DNA from: the human T2T-CHM13v2.0 reference genome, Homo sapiens
Length of the DNA: 64,000 nucleotides
NCBI RefSeq assembly: GCF_009914755.1
Contig: NC_060948.1
Direction: 5' to 3' (one strand)
Shown here piece after piece: positions 28,510 through 42,225 of this stretch (positions within the stretch are counted from its first letter, which is position 1; each line of letters starts with the position of its first letter). A model generated the notes under the pieces. That model saw only the letters and a list, made by a program, of their open reading frames with translations. It was not told the DNA's origin and searched no databases. A program made the translations under genes and the position numbers.

Positions 28510-31261
28510 TGTCAGGAGACTATTCTCCATGGGTATGTCATGGTACTGTTGATATGACTTGGATCTGTGTCCTGACTCAAATCTCATCAAATTGTAATCC
28601 CCATGTGTTGAGGGAGGAACCTCGTGGGAGGTGATTGGATCAAGGGGGCATTTTCCCCCATGCTGTTCTTGTGATAGTGAGTTCTTGTGAGATCCGATGG
28701 TCTAAAAGTGTTTGGAAGTTCCCCCTCTTGCACTCCCTCTCTCTCTCTCTCTCTCTCCTGCTGCCATGTAAGGTATGCCTTGCTTCCCCTTTGCTTTCCA
28801 CCATAATTGTGAGATTCCTGAGGCCTCCACAGCCATGTGGAACTGTGATTCAATTAAACCTCTTTCCTTTATAAACTACCCAGTCTCAGGTAGTTCTTTA
28901 TAGCAGTGTGAAAACAGACTAATACAGAAAGTTGGTACTGAGGGAAGTGGGGCATTGATATAAAGTTACCTGAAAATGTGAAACAGACTTTTTAACTGGG
29001 TAACAGGCAGAGGCTGGGGCAGTTTGCATGGCTCAGAAGAAAACAGGAAGATTTGGGAAAGTTTAGAACTTCCTAGACTCTAGCTGAATGGTTTTGACTA
29101 ACATGCGATAGTGGTATGGACAATTAAGTCCAGGCTGAGATTATCTCAGATGGAGATGAGGAATTTACTGGGAACTGGAGTAAATGTCTCTCATGCTGTG
29201 CTTTAGCAAAGAGACTAGCGGCATCTTGTCTCTGCCCTAGAGATCTGTGGAACTTTGAATTTGAGAGAGATGATTTAGGGTATCTGGCAGAAGAAACTTC
29301 TAAGCAGCAAGGCATTCAAGACGTGACCTGGCTTTTTATAAACGCGTACAGTCATATGCACTCACAATGAGATGGTCTGAAATTGGAACTTATCTTTAAA
29401 AGGGAAGCAAAGCATAACATTTTGGAAAATTTGCAGCCTGTCCATGTGGTATAAAAGGAAAAGCCATTTTCTGGGGAGAAATTCAAGACACCAATGCAGA
29501 AATTAGCATAAGAAAAGAGGAGTCTAATGTTAATAGCCAAGACAATGGGAAAAATGTCTCCAGGGCATTTTAGAGGTCTTCATTGCAGCCCCCACCACCC
29601 TCCCCACCCCATGACAGGCCCAGAAACCTAGGAGGGAAAAAATGGTTTCTTGGGCTGCATTCAGGACCACACTGCTCTGTGTAGTCTTGGGAAATGGTGC
29701 CCTGCATCCCAGTAGCTTCAGCTCCAGCTGTGGCTAAAAGGGGCCAAGGTACAGTTTGGACCATTACTTCAGAGAGTACAATCCCTGAACCTTGGTGGCT
29801 TACACATGGTGTTAAACCTGTGGGTACAAAGAAGACTAGAATTGAGGTTTGGGAACCTCCACCTAGATTTCAGAGAAATCTAGGGCCATCATCCTCCAGA
29901 CCCCAGAATGGTAGATCTACCAATAGCTTGCTCTATGCACCTTGAAAAGCTGCAGGTACTCAACACCAGCCTGTGAAAGGAGCCTCAGGGGCTGCACCCT
30001 ATGGAGCTACAGGGGTGGAGCTGTCCAAGGCTATGGGAGCACACCCCTTGCATCCTTGTGCCTTTGATGTGAGACATGAAATCAAAAGAGATTATTTTGG
30101 AGCTTTAAGATTTAAAGACTGTCCTGCAGGATTTCAGACTTACATGGAGCCTGTAGCCCCTTTGTTTTAGCCAATTTCTCCCTTTTGGAATGGGAGCATT
30201 TACACAATGCCTGTACCCCACATTGTGTCTTGGAAGTAACCAACTTATTTTTATTTTACAGACTCATAGGCAGAAGGAACTTGTCTTGTTTCAGATGAGA
30301 CTTTGGACTTGGACTTTTGAGTTAATGCTGGAATGAGTTAAGACTTTGAGGTATTGTTGGAAAGACATGATTGTGTTTTGAAATATGAGAGGGACATGAG
30401 ATTTGGGAGGGGCCAGGGTGGAATGATATGGTTTGGCTCTGTATCCTCACCCAAATCTCATCTCAAATTGTAATTTTCATGTGTTGGGGAGGGATCTTGT
30501 GGGAGGTGATTGGATTATGGGCGAGGTCTCCCTCATGCTGCTCTTGTGATAGTGAATGAGTTCTCACAAGATCTGATGCTTTTAAAGTTATTTGGCAGTC
30601 CACCTCAGTTTCTCTGTCTCCTGGCGACACACAATGTACCTTGCTTCCTCTTCACCTTCTGCCATGATTGTGAGTTTCATGAGGTCTCTCCAGCCATGGG
30701 GAACTGTGAGTCAATTAAACTTCTTTTCCTTATAAACTACCCAGTCTCAGGTAGTTATTTATAGCAGTGTGAAAGCAGACTAATACAACTGCACATCCTG
30801 TGAGAAACGCACCATCTGTCCTTTGCTCCAAAATATTTTTTCAAGGATTTTTGTATAGAAAAAAACTTTGAAATGTAGATATAATACATTCCTACGGAAA
30901 ACAGTGACGAAATTATTTTTGTCCAGTTTAATTAAAAAATAAAAATGTTTTCCTTTAGTGCAAAGTCAGGCATGTTTACTCACTGTCATAAAAGATTTGG
31001 GAAGTTCAGTGTGTCTCAGCTGTAATTCCAAACCATTGCATGCATAGCATGCATCTGATCCATATCACATTAAATCAATGGACCTTGCAGGCAAAGGAAA
31101 CTGACACTCATATTTATGCTGCTTGCTGTGCTATGAATAATAAGAGCCTTTGTATCTGATCCTGGAGTTTTGTGACTTCTGTCCACCACTATGAAACTGT
31201 GGTAGGCTAAATTGTTAGCTTGCAAGAAGAGTAAAATATCTGACCCTCATAATTCTTGAAG
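28510..31261 (+). mobile_element. LTR40-like ERVL solo LTR split by a THE1 provirus
   Basis: TGTCAGGAGACTATTCTCCATGGG at the start; resumes GCACATCCTGTGAG; ends GTAAAATATCTGACCCTCATAATTCTTGA. Confidence 0.6.
28550..30787 (+). mobile_element. THE1D/MSTA-like MaLR provirus: 5'LTR 28550-28926, internal 28927-30423, 3'LTR 30424-30787
   Basis: Two TGATATG...CTAATACA LTRs; internal region starts GAAAGTTGGTACT; polypurine tract GGGAGGGGCCAGGGTGGAA; TSD ACTGT/ACTGC. Confidence 0.92.
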
Positions 31262-32361
31262 AAAGTTTGGAAATTTGGAGTGTAAGTAACTTGTCATGTC
31301 TGAATACAAGGTACACATTCTGTACAAGTACAAAATACTGCCATGTATCATAAATTACATAAACATTATTTTTTATATAGTCTTGTATTACAGTTTTTTT
31401 CAGTAACAGAAGATGAGGATTACACTTGATTCATTTATTTACATTCTGAAACTTTAGTGAAATAACTTGTGGACAGGGTTTTAATATATGTCTTTCAAAC
31501 ATAATTGGATTTTATTAGTGTGTAAAAAAACTGTTACATTTTTTCAGTGCAATAAAAAGAATTATACCATAACCAGGGATGGCTTTTGGAAAATCTAAGA
31601 AACCAATGTTTATTTTTGCCATTGAGCAAAGTCTGCAGACGTTCAAGGCTATTTAGAATAGAATTTTGTCAGTTTTTTGTACAATCCTCACAAACTGCAA
31701 GACAGAGAAGAGGTAAGAGTGACAATGTGGATCAAAATTTTTCTAGCAAATATCATTCCAGTGCTTCAGTGGAGCCCTGTGATCCCTTAGTTTATTTTTC
31801 TCCAACAGTCAGATGACAATTGTAAATACAATGTAAATACATAGACAGAGTCATTTACACATGTGGAAAAATTGACATCAGCATCAATATCCCAGGTATT
31901 TTATTTATAAGGTAATGGATTCTTCTGGCTGCTAAGAAAGAAAATAAAATATTTTCAACCATATTATAATTGGAACAAAAACTCAGTTTACTTAATTTTT
32001 TTATTTTAACTTTCTACTGATTCTGAAAAACAAAAATCTTTCAGACACTATTTGATTGTGTATTGCTTAATCTTCCATTTAGAAGTTTACTGTTGGGTAT
32101 TTTTTTTTTTTTGAAAATAAGTAAACAAGCCACTATATTAGTGACAACTGCAAGTCTCCTGTCACATGACAATTTCATCCAAACCCCTCCACTAAGAGAC
32201 TTAACCAAACTGTAGCATGGCTTCTAGTAGCATAATGTGTGCCTAGCATGACCCCAGGCCTGAATTAAAATGCCTACCTGGGAAAGCACAAGGCTGCTAG
32301 GAAAATTTTCTGTTTGTTCAAGCCAACCTGATGATAGGCCCTGAGTTCCTTATCTTAGAGC

Positions 32362-32827
32362 TGTAAGAGTTAAAGAAAGAGCAAATAAACACGAAATGCA
32401 GCTTAACAGGTAACGGCACGTTTATTTTAGAAAAAAACCTGAGAGGGGCTTCTGGCCGATTTTGGTCAGGAGCACTTTTTCTTACAGGCTAAGAGTATAT
32501 ATTGGTTTTAGGGTGAAGGGGCTTATCATAAGCTTGGAATGTTTCTGTGTGAGGAAGAAGTTTAATGATGGGGTTGGAAAGTCTCTGGGTGGAGGGGAGG
32601 TTATTTTGGGGCTGACATCTTTCCAGCCGGAGGGGGGTTATCTCGGGGCTAGCATGTCTCTGCTTGGGGAGAAGTTTGGAATGTTTCTGCTTGGAGATGT
32701 TATTTATGGTTTATGGTCAGCTGACCTTAGCCATAAGGCTGATGCCCTTTGGATTTAGGCGGTTTTTGATTAAGGTGAACTTTAGAATGAGGGGCTTGTC
32801 CAAGACGGTGATGTTCCTCCTCTGTCA
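32362..32827 (-). mobile_element. ERV1 solo LTR (LTR15/MER61-like), copy 1
   Basis: Revcomp starts TGACAGAGGAGGAACATCACCGTCTTGGACAAGCCCC; TSD AGAGC at 32357-32361 and 32828-32832. Confidence 0.85.
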
Positions 32828-32842
32828 AGAGCAATTTATTAA

Positions 32843-33231
<389 letters not shown>

Positions 33232-34209
33232 CGAGAGCCATTCCTTTACAGTGTAATTATCAAGAGAGTTAAGTCCTCTGTGCCCCAGTCTCTGTGGGAG
33301 AATGCATCCTCATTTCGATAACTGCCAGGAAGCTGACACAGCTGACGCAGCTGGCCTAATCACATTTACATGAATTAACCCTTTGTACGTTTTTACTTCT
33401 TTGACTCTACTGAACCCCCCACACTCTCTTCTCCCTCATTCTCCCTTGAAAATGTTCAGTTATCTTTGTATAAATGTGAATGGAGCACTGCTTTATCACA
33501 TACTGTCAGTTACCTAAAATTTGTCTTCACTGCTTCAACTAATGGTAGGCTGTGGGTTATTTTTTGACACTAGCTAGGAATTGAGCAATATGCAGGTTAG
33601 AAAATTGAATTTTTTCCTTTTGAGTGTAAGTTAGAAATTGGGAATAATTGGGTGATAATTGTTAAAGGAGGTGAATATCTCTGACATGTCACTTATCCTG
33701 AAAAAATTTGTTTATAGCTATAAGTTAATTCAATTCAAACTATGTTTTTAATAGTGAATGTCATATGTACAAATTTCAATGACTGAGGACTAGGCTTAAG
33801 AGTATGGTGCTTCTAAAATTTGCTCAAGATATCTTTAGAAAATGAACTAAAAATAAGGCACCTCACCCAAATGGGGAAAAATCAGTAATAATTAATTACA
33901 TTATTTGTTAATTAATTCACTAAATAAGTGAAGGTTTATGAATATTAGCCCCAGGTGGCAAAGGCTTTATATTTTGTTAAGACAGAAATCAGATTGAGTG
34001 TTACAGTTATTCAAGTCATAAAAGAGAATATTATCAAGGGGGTTATCAGCTTTGTAGTAGTGATACATAGGTATTATATAAAGACATCTCAACCTGTTTC
34101 TTATAATGCAGTCAAGTATTCTGGTACTAGCATATACAATAACAGAAAGGTTAATATTTTGATATTTATGAGAAAAATGTTAAGGGGGAAAGTGAGGGTT
34201 CTTAGGAGG

Positions 34210-34371
34210 CAGCATACCTAGTACTTAAGAGCCAACCTGCTTGATACAATTGATAGCTCCACCACTTATTATCTTAGATATCTTGTGGAGTTATTTAACT
34301 TTTGTTAGTCATACTTTTCTTTTGTACAACTTGAATAAGCAGGGTAAGTATCTCAGATTGTCGCTAGGAGG
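34210..34371 (+). mobile_element. MIR, continuing after the LTR near 34964-35030
   Basis: GCTCCACCACTTATTATC...GAGTTATTTAAC...TCAGATTGTCGCTAGGAGG. Confidence 0.55.
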
Positions 34372-34613
34372 TGTGAAAGGAAAATATCTTGGGCCCCTAC
34401 AATTACAATCACGAAGCTAAAGGGAAAATTCAAGTTTGGAACTGCTTAGGGCAACCTGCCTCCCATTCTATTCTAATAAGTAGGGTAAGTGTCTCAGATT
34501 GTTGCTAGGAGGTGTGAAAGGAAAATATCTTGGGCCCCCACAATCACAATCAGGAAGCTAAAGGGAAAATTCAAGCTGGGAACTGCTTAGGGCAACCTGC
34601 CTCCATTCTATTC
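34334..34613 (+). repeat. Tandem duplication, period about 141 bp, two copies
   Basis: AATAAG(C/T)AGGGTAAGT...CCATTCTATTC at 34334-34474 and 34475-34613. Confidence 0.92.
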
Positions 34614-34959
34614 AAATTTATCTCTATGCTCACTGAGATAAATGCATATCTGATTGCCTACTTTGGAAAGGCTAATCAGATACTCAAAAGAATGCAACCT
34701 TTGTCTCTCACCTGTCTGTGACCTGCTTTGAGTCTTCCTGCCTTTGCTTCGAGTTGTCCCACCTTTCCAGACTGAACCAATGTACTCCTTATATATATTG
34801 ATTGATGTCTCATGTCTCCCTAAAATGTGTAAAATCAAGCTGTGCCTCAACCACCTTGGTCATATGTCATCAGAACTTCTTGAGGCTGTGTTACCTCAAC
34901 CTTGGCAAAATAAACTTCCTTAATTGACTGCGACCTGTCTCAACTGTTTGGCGTCCACA
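34372..34959 (+). mobile_element. MER4A-like ERV1 solo LTR with duplicated 5' end
   Basis: TGTGAAAGGAAAA at 34372 and again at 34513; ends TTTGGCGTCCACA; 4-bp TSD GAGG. Confidence 0.87.
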
Positions 34960-35179
34960 GAGGTTTTAAGTAAAATAGTCTACAGAAAGGTTCAGAAGTC
35001 TATGAGACTTAGAGAGTAGTAGCTATTATTTTTATACATTCAAAGCCAAAGAAGGAAGAGAAAGGAGGAAAAGGAAGGGACAGGCAAGATGTTGTAATCT
35101 TTAAGAAATGAGAAAAAGAAAGAAAACCCCAAATTTCCTTTTCCTTTTTATCTCTTTATGAAAATTCTTTGGCAGATTT

Positions 35180-36546
35180 TCACCATTTATCTTTGGAGAA
35201 TTCTAAAAATTACAGAGTTACAAAGGGATTAAGTGAGAGAGTTGTCCTGATTTTTAAAGAGGATAAAATATTGGATCGTAGAAACTACAGTACACTTAGC
35301 ACTAATGCCTAGGAAATATCTGAAATTGAGTATTCAATACATCAGTTTAAAGATCTAAAAAAAAAATACCCTAAACAATGAAATGACTTACTCATTTCAT
35401 TTTTTTTCATCAAACATCAATAAAACTGACATGTTTGGAATAGCATGTCCAATGCCGCAGTACTTTTCTATAGGTACTGATCCTTTCATCTTTTACATGT
35501 TTATCACAGAAGCTGCCTTGTAACCATGTTATACAAATGTTAGATTTTTTTTGACCACTGTTTTATTCAACAATAAACAAATGAGCCAATCTGACAAAAT
35601 GAACCTCCTTTTAACTGGGAATTAGGGGCTTGAGAGCAAAATAGTCTTTTCTCAGGTAGGTAAAGCTGTATGATGTGAAGCTATGTGGATGAAAGTAGCA
35701 ATGTTTCCCAAAGTGCACCAAAAAAATGATTTTAGAGAGAACATAATGAAGCCACACACAGAGAGAAGTGTAGAGCAAATAGAAAGAGCTTGATCTTATT
35801 TAAGTCTCTGGATTTTCTGAAGCCAAGCCACATTTCTGTTCAAAATAAATATAAGTTGTTACTGTGTTCATCAAGCTAGTCTAAATATGTTTCCTTACAG
35901 ATTATTAAATAAGTATATAAAGGAAAGTGTGTAGTGAGGCCTAAAAACTTTACGTACAATGTGAGAAAATGTGGATTGGATATCAGGACAGATAAGTGAT
36001 TGTTTAGATAAATGAATAATGCAGCACTGTCAAACTACAGAGAGGAGCTTTAAAGGTAATCTGCAGGGTTTATCACTTTGTTACTTCCTGCCTAGAATTT
36101 TATCAATAATTTAGATGAATATATAAAAGATACATTTAATAAAAATGTAAGCCAATGGACAATTTTTTAAGACTCAAAGTTAGTAAAATATTAAGTTTAA
36201 TTTATGCCATGACATATTAGGAACGAGGCTATAGACATGACATATATCATAAAATATCTGAAAGATTTGTGAAAGAGATACTTGATATTATCAATAGATT
36301 AAGAGCACAAAATCAGGACAAATTGATATATGTTATGAGGAGAAAGTTTTCATTTCAGTACAAGGAAAATTTACTAACAGTAAAAATCAAAAGTTAACAC
36401 TGAACAGCTTAGTTAAATTTCCATTATTAAAGTGTTAAAACCAAGCCTTTGCTTTTATTTAAGACCACAGCATAGATGAGTTTTATATTAGGTAAAATGT
36501 TGGGTTGAAAACATCTTCAAAGACTTTCAAATCCGAAATTTTATAG
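35180..36546 (+). mobile_element. Ancient CR1/L3 LINE remnant (RT region to 3' end), with a probable MLT1 fragment near 35690-35890
   Basis: VVLIFKEDK..D..NY resembles CR1 VPIFKKG..DPGNYRP; TTTTATCAATAATTTAGATGAA resembles FINDLDE. Confidence 0.55.
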
Positions 36547-36790
36547 AAAATTGGTAATCCTAGATTAATTCCTAAAAGTTAAAATTCCTTTATATTTTAT
36601 TTAAATTTTATTCTGTCTTGCTTATAGACTAGGAGTTAGAATATCTGGAGATGGGAAGGGATGAAGCTGGAGAGTGAATGGTGTCCTTTGGGGCTGAGTC
36701 TTGAAATGGGGAAGAAATTACCCAAAACAACAAGATGGTTGATCCTGATAACAAATAAGTGAACAAAAAAAAGTTGCTCACAGATGCTGT

Positions 36791-37170
36791 TGAGGTGGGA
36801 GAATAGGGCCTGGAGGCAAGGAATCTAAGGACTTCCTAGAACTAAATCAAATGAAAACACTTCAGCTATGATAGGAAATATCCTCTCTATTTACATAGGG
36901 CATACAATGAGTAAATGAATTTGTAACTTTACTTCATCCTCTTCATTAACATAGGGCATATACCAAGTAACCAATGGAAACCTCTAGAGGGTATTTAAAC
37001 CCCAGAAAATTCTGTAACAGTGCTCGAGCCCACTCCCACCCTGTGGAGCATACTTTCGTTTTCAAGAAATCTCTGCTTTTGTTGCTTCATTCTTTCCTTT
37101 TTTTGTTTGTGTGTTTTGTCCAATTTTTTGTTCAAGACATCAAGAATCTGGACACTCTCCACTGGTAACA
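36791..37170 (+). mobile_element. MER51-like ERV1 solo LTR
   Basis: TGAGGTGGGAGAATAGGGCCTGGAGGCAAGG...CCACTGGTAACA; TSD CTGT. Confidence 0.87.
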
Positions 37171-37440
37171 CTGTCATATAAGAATCCAGCTATTACAAAA
37201 TCCAGGTAACAATATATGGGCATCAAAACTGGGCTTCTAGAAGAGGAGTTTGTGTTCAGCAAGTTAAATGTAAGAACAAGGGGAATAATAGGGCATGGTG
37301 TTGGTGGTGGAGGAGTTAAATGGTAGCATAGCTAAAAGGATCAGAACAGACATAGTCATTTCTATTTTTCCCCAAAATCTGAGCTGTGTTACATGTGAGC
37401 TTATATGTCTTAGAAGGCTAGAGATAAAACAGATACCCTC

Positions 37441-37899
37441 TGTAAAAGTTAAAGAAAGAGGAAAGAAACAGAAAACACAGCTTGATAGTTAAAGACAGGT
37501 TTACTTTAGATAAAACCCAAGGGGGGCTTCTGGCCAATTTCTGTCAGGGGCACTTTCTCTTACAGACTAAGAGTATATATTGGTTTTAGGGTAAAGGAGC
37601 CTATTACAAGCTTGGGATGTTTCTGTGTGGGGCAGAAGTTTATGGCAGGGTTGAAATGTCTCTGGGCAGAGGGGAGGTTATCTTGGGGCTGGCGTCTTCC
37701 CAGCTGGAGGGGTAGCATGTCTCTGCCTGGGGAGGAGTTTGGGATGTTTCTGGTTGGAGATATTATTTGTGGTTTATGGTCATGCTGACCTTAGCCATTA
37801 AGGCTGATGCCCTTTGGATTTAGATAGGTTTTCTTTTTTTATTAAGGTGAACTTTAGAATGAGGAGCTTGTCCAAGATGGTGATGCTCCTGCTCTTTCA
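37441..37899 (-). mobile_element. ERV1 solo LTR (LTR15/MER61-like), copy 2
   Basis: Homologous along its length to 32362-32827; TSD CCCTC at 37436-37440 and 37900-37904. Confidence 0.85.
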
Positions 37900-40800
37900 C
37901 CCTCTAGTAAAGTGTTTCTCAACCAGAAATTGGCACTTTGAATAGAACAAGTTTCCACTGTACATGACTGACCCATACATCATGCCATATTTAGTATTCT
38001 ACATACAGTGAATAGTGGTGGCATTCTAGAGTAATGGCAAAAAGCATCTCAAGTTTAAGGATATTTGGTGGGGACTTAAGAAAAGTAATTTAATCTTAAA
38101 AAATCACATTTGCCTAGCATTTTACATTTTGAAGCACTTTAGAGGGATTTTTCTTATTAAGTGACACATAAACGTTTTGTTAGAGGTAGAACAAATATTA
38201 TTGTTCTTTTTTCACAAAAATGACCTAGTTAAGTTCTGACAGCTAGTTAGTGACAGAACAAGGACTTAATCAAAGTTATTTCATCCCCATTATTTTGTTT
38301 TTTTGTTCAGAAAATGTCCTTCTAGTCTAAACATATACATAAGGAAGAGAGTAAATTGCCACAAAAACATAACATTACAAAAACTATGAAGCAATTTTAG
38401 AATTCCTGAGTGGGAGTAGAAAGGAAATTACAATGTAGTAAATTTCATTGTATTCTGCATTTATGAGATTTTGGAATGTTTCCAAAATCTATATTATTCT
38501 GGCAACATCCTTAACAACTTGGAATCAATGGTAAATTATGTAAATATGATTGAATCATCAGTAAATTGCAACTTGATCAGATATAGCTGTGTGGTAATAT
38601 GAGTATAACTGTTAACTACCCTGACTATATTTTATTATATACCCAAGAGCCAAGATTCTCACATATGTTGCATTTTTTCAATCATTTTGTTAGAGGATTG
38701 ATATTAAATCATACCTCTTCCCTTTTTTTTTCTTTTTTTTAAAGGAAGTCTACCTATGTGGCATAATGAGACCTACTCACTCATTCAGCTCAATGTTCTA
38801 CTGACATCTGAATAATAGTATGCCTTCTCTGTTACATTTATTAACTAAAATTGGGAGCTATATCTGAAAATTATTTTTGTATGCAGTGCTCACACACCAT
38901 CTGACACTGAGTTATTGACTTCAAAATAATGGATTTTGGGGGCAAGAGTAGAGGAAGTATTTGTGAACTGACTTAATGCTACTTGGTTATGTATAGGTTC
39001 TTTCTGGTAGTTAAAATTAGCCACTAAATATTTCAATTGGAGGGGATTATTACATTAACAAATCTTAGATCAGACTTTTACAAACATGACAACTACAAAC
39101 AGGGGCATTTATTAACAAACTATTTTTAGTTATATAAAAGAAACAATTCCCACAATCTGTTTTTTACTTGGAAAATTTTCAATTACACTGGATTTTAAGT
39201 ACTCTTACTATTATTTGTTGTAAGAGGTTATTTTGAGACAAATGCCAAGATTTTTTAGAATGAATTCTATTAACCATATCGATATCAACCAACTATGGCA
39301 GCAGTTCACAGCTGGCCGTAGAAATAGCCACTTAGGCTACAGTGTCATTCCTAAGGATGTAATACTTAGGGATTTTTATGTCTTGTTCCATGCAAAAGTA
39401 AGGCATGTCTTAAAATATTTTAGCTGAACATCTTATCATGAATAACTTTAATTTCACAAATAAGAGAACATTTATTATGCTACTATCACATATTACCATT
39501 TATTATTGTACATCAAAAAATTTATATTTGACATCCATCATGCTAATGAGCAAAGCATCATTACTGATTGAGATGTATGGAGACATCAATATCAGAAGGC
39601 ATGCTTATAGTCATTTCCAGTGTATGTTTCTTTTTCATGTAATGTTTGTGGAGCACTGCTCAACTGGACATACTTGATTAATATATTAGCTGAGCACTCT
39701 GAATTGTGCTTTCTTAATGTTGGCTTTACCAAAACAATATATACACAAAGTATCACACTTTATGTACCAATATATTTTTTTAACCTTACAGGGTTTGTAA
39801 CAAGTGTCAAAACTATTTTAAATTGAAGGCCATTCCACTTGTGCTACATTTCAGAAGATATTTAGAGAACATATCTCCCCACAGAAGCCCAGAAAGGTTG
39901 AATTTTTTTATATAATAGCAACAGTTATTCATAGAAAAGTAAAGAAGCAGAATCTGGGACTGCACAGATTTATACAAAAGCAAATAAGAAAATAAGTATC
40001 TATAGAAATATGAATACAATTGATAAAATATATTGCTGCATACCTAGATAATAAAGACTCTTACAAATTTTATATCAGAGCTTATGAAAGAACCTGTAAC
40101 TATGTGGACCAGTATGAAAAATAGATAAAAATAGTTATGCAGAAGCAAATGTGAAGGAACACAAAGTTTACTGAACAAGATAGCATAGAATAGAGGACAG
40201 TCACTAATCAAAACAACCTAAAATGTTCACTAATATCAAATGAGGAGAGATTTATATCTAATATCAGAATCTCACAATGGTAATCTATATATTATTTGAC
40301 ACTATGTGTGTTATATATATATATTTAATATGTATATAAGAACATGTATGCAGACAACTATAATTTAGTAAACTTGAAAATCCATTTCATAGGTAATTTA
40401 ATTATTATTCTAATTTTAGTATTTATAAATACTAGTATGTGTAAATGCCATTTTCCTCATCAATCCTATTCTTAATGACTCTCCAGTTATTTGTACGTTG
40501 CTACCTTCATTTCCTAAAACCAATGACAAAAGAATCATTTGAGAATCATTTGAGAATCAATAGCCCTTCTTCTAAATATCAATGGTGATGATGTTATCTT
40601 TCCATAGGTCCATGAGGATGTTGATGATAAGCACTTCTCTGATGATATTGAGTATCCCTCTACATATTCCATAAAAATGCCAGGTAAACTAGTTGGCCTC
40701 CTTCTACATGATTTTCTCGGACAGGCAGAATCTCCTTGGTACCCGCACCATCAACTTGAGTATAGTTGCCAAGTACCCTGACAAGCTGGTTGGTACCAGC

Positions 40801-41599
40801 TTCTCATCTCTTTCCCATCATCTGTAATTTCCTCTTTCCATTACTGTCAGGTGGATTCTCTTAAGTGTCCAGGGTTACAACTGTCATTCCCATTCATCAT
40901 AAACCTGAACATAAGAAGCTAAGCATATTAATTTGATCCTTATGTATGCTATTTTATTTCTCTTCCTTCTGACCCACCCCCCTCATTATTTTGCTGAAGC
41001 TTCTTAATAACCCCAGCCATGCTAGACCTTCTCTCTAATCTTTCCTTATATGCTGTATAATGATGGTGTCATATCCTAAAAGCTGCTAGGAGGAAACATG
41101 AATAGGCTTTAAGTAGTGATATCTGAACTTAGTAAACCACAATAACATTAGTAGCCACCAATTTTTTCCCTGAAGGCATAAAATAGAAAAGCAAGTTTCA
41201 TTAAATAAAATTTGAGCAAGTGACACTTTGAAAATAACTGAGGTTAATTAGATCTATTTATTTGGTGATACTGAGCAGCTTATAAAGGAAATCAGAAATG
41301 CATTAGCAAGTCAATAGACATTATGATTATTTTAGAGATTTAAAGATCAGAGTCTTGGCCAGTTTTAAGGTCTTAATATATCAGCTGTACATTATGTGTT
41401 TTGCATTATATTCTTTCCTTACTTTGCTCTATTTTAAATTGATTTTCTATTAAAGAAAATTATCTCTTATAGATAATTAAAGGAAGTAATAGCAAAACCC
41501 ATAACTCACCAAATAAAAGTGACACATGAAAATATTAGCATCATGAATTGATTTAAGGGAATAAAAAATTAACGATGCAGTTGAAGTCACTTAATTATC

Positions 41600-42225
41600 T
41601 TTCTTCAAGCCACTCCCATCCTTCTTATACTACCAGAGAAAACCATCACCACACAATTGGTATAAATTTTTTATATCGACCTTTTTATACTTTAATCATA
41701 TATGCGTATGACCCACATGAATTTCTGTAAGATTGAACAGAACCAAATCAAAAATAGCCCTTTGTATTTAACCTCTAGAAATTCACTAAAACCAGAAGTT
41801 AATATGGACTATTTTTTTGTGGATTGTACATCTTATATAAATTATCAAGCAATTCTTTTTAATGTTTTTAGGCTATCCACACTGATACATACAGATTTAT
41901 GTTTACATCTTGATTTTACCGTATTTTATAAATGTACTTACATTTTTCATTCATGTTGATGTTAACTTAGAATATTTCCCAATTTTTGCTATTACAAATG
42001 ATGCTACAGTGAAGATTCCTATTCATCTCTCTTTATACATTAATAAATAATTATTTTTATAATATACAATCAGAAATGCTAATGCCAAGTTATAATCCAA
42101 AATGGATGCAACACATTTCTAGTCCTATTAAAAGAATATAAAAGTCTCTGCCTCCCCCATATCCTTGCCCACAACCGGTATTGCCAAATTTTTTACTTTG
42201 GATTACATTTCCCTAATTACTTGTA
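41600..42225 (-). mobile_element. Old L1ME 3' fragment
   Basis: TTTTGCTATTACAAATGATGCTACAGTGAA and ATATCCTTGCCCACAACCGGTATTGCC. Confidence 0.55.

Noticed and set aside
31586-31920. Splice-like motifs (GAG/GTAAGA near 31712, TTTTTCTCCAACAG near 31808) and a 76-aa ORF
   Set aside because: Such motifs are expected by chance in AT-rich DNA; no homology or coherent exon chain.
34334-34613. CRISPR-like or satellite array
   Set aside because: Only two adjacent copies with no spacers, in a primate repeat context.
37905-38070. Possible MER20/MER5-like DNA transposon fragment
   Set aside because: Only a terminal-like GTGTTTCTCAACC and weak similarity; not enough to call.
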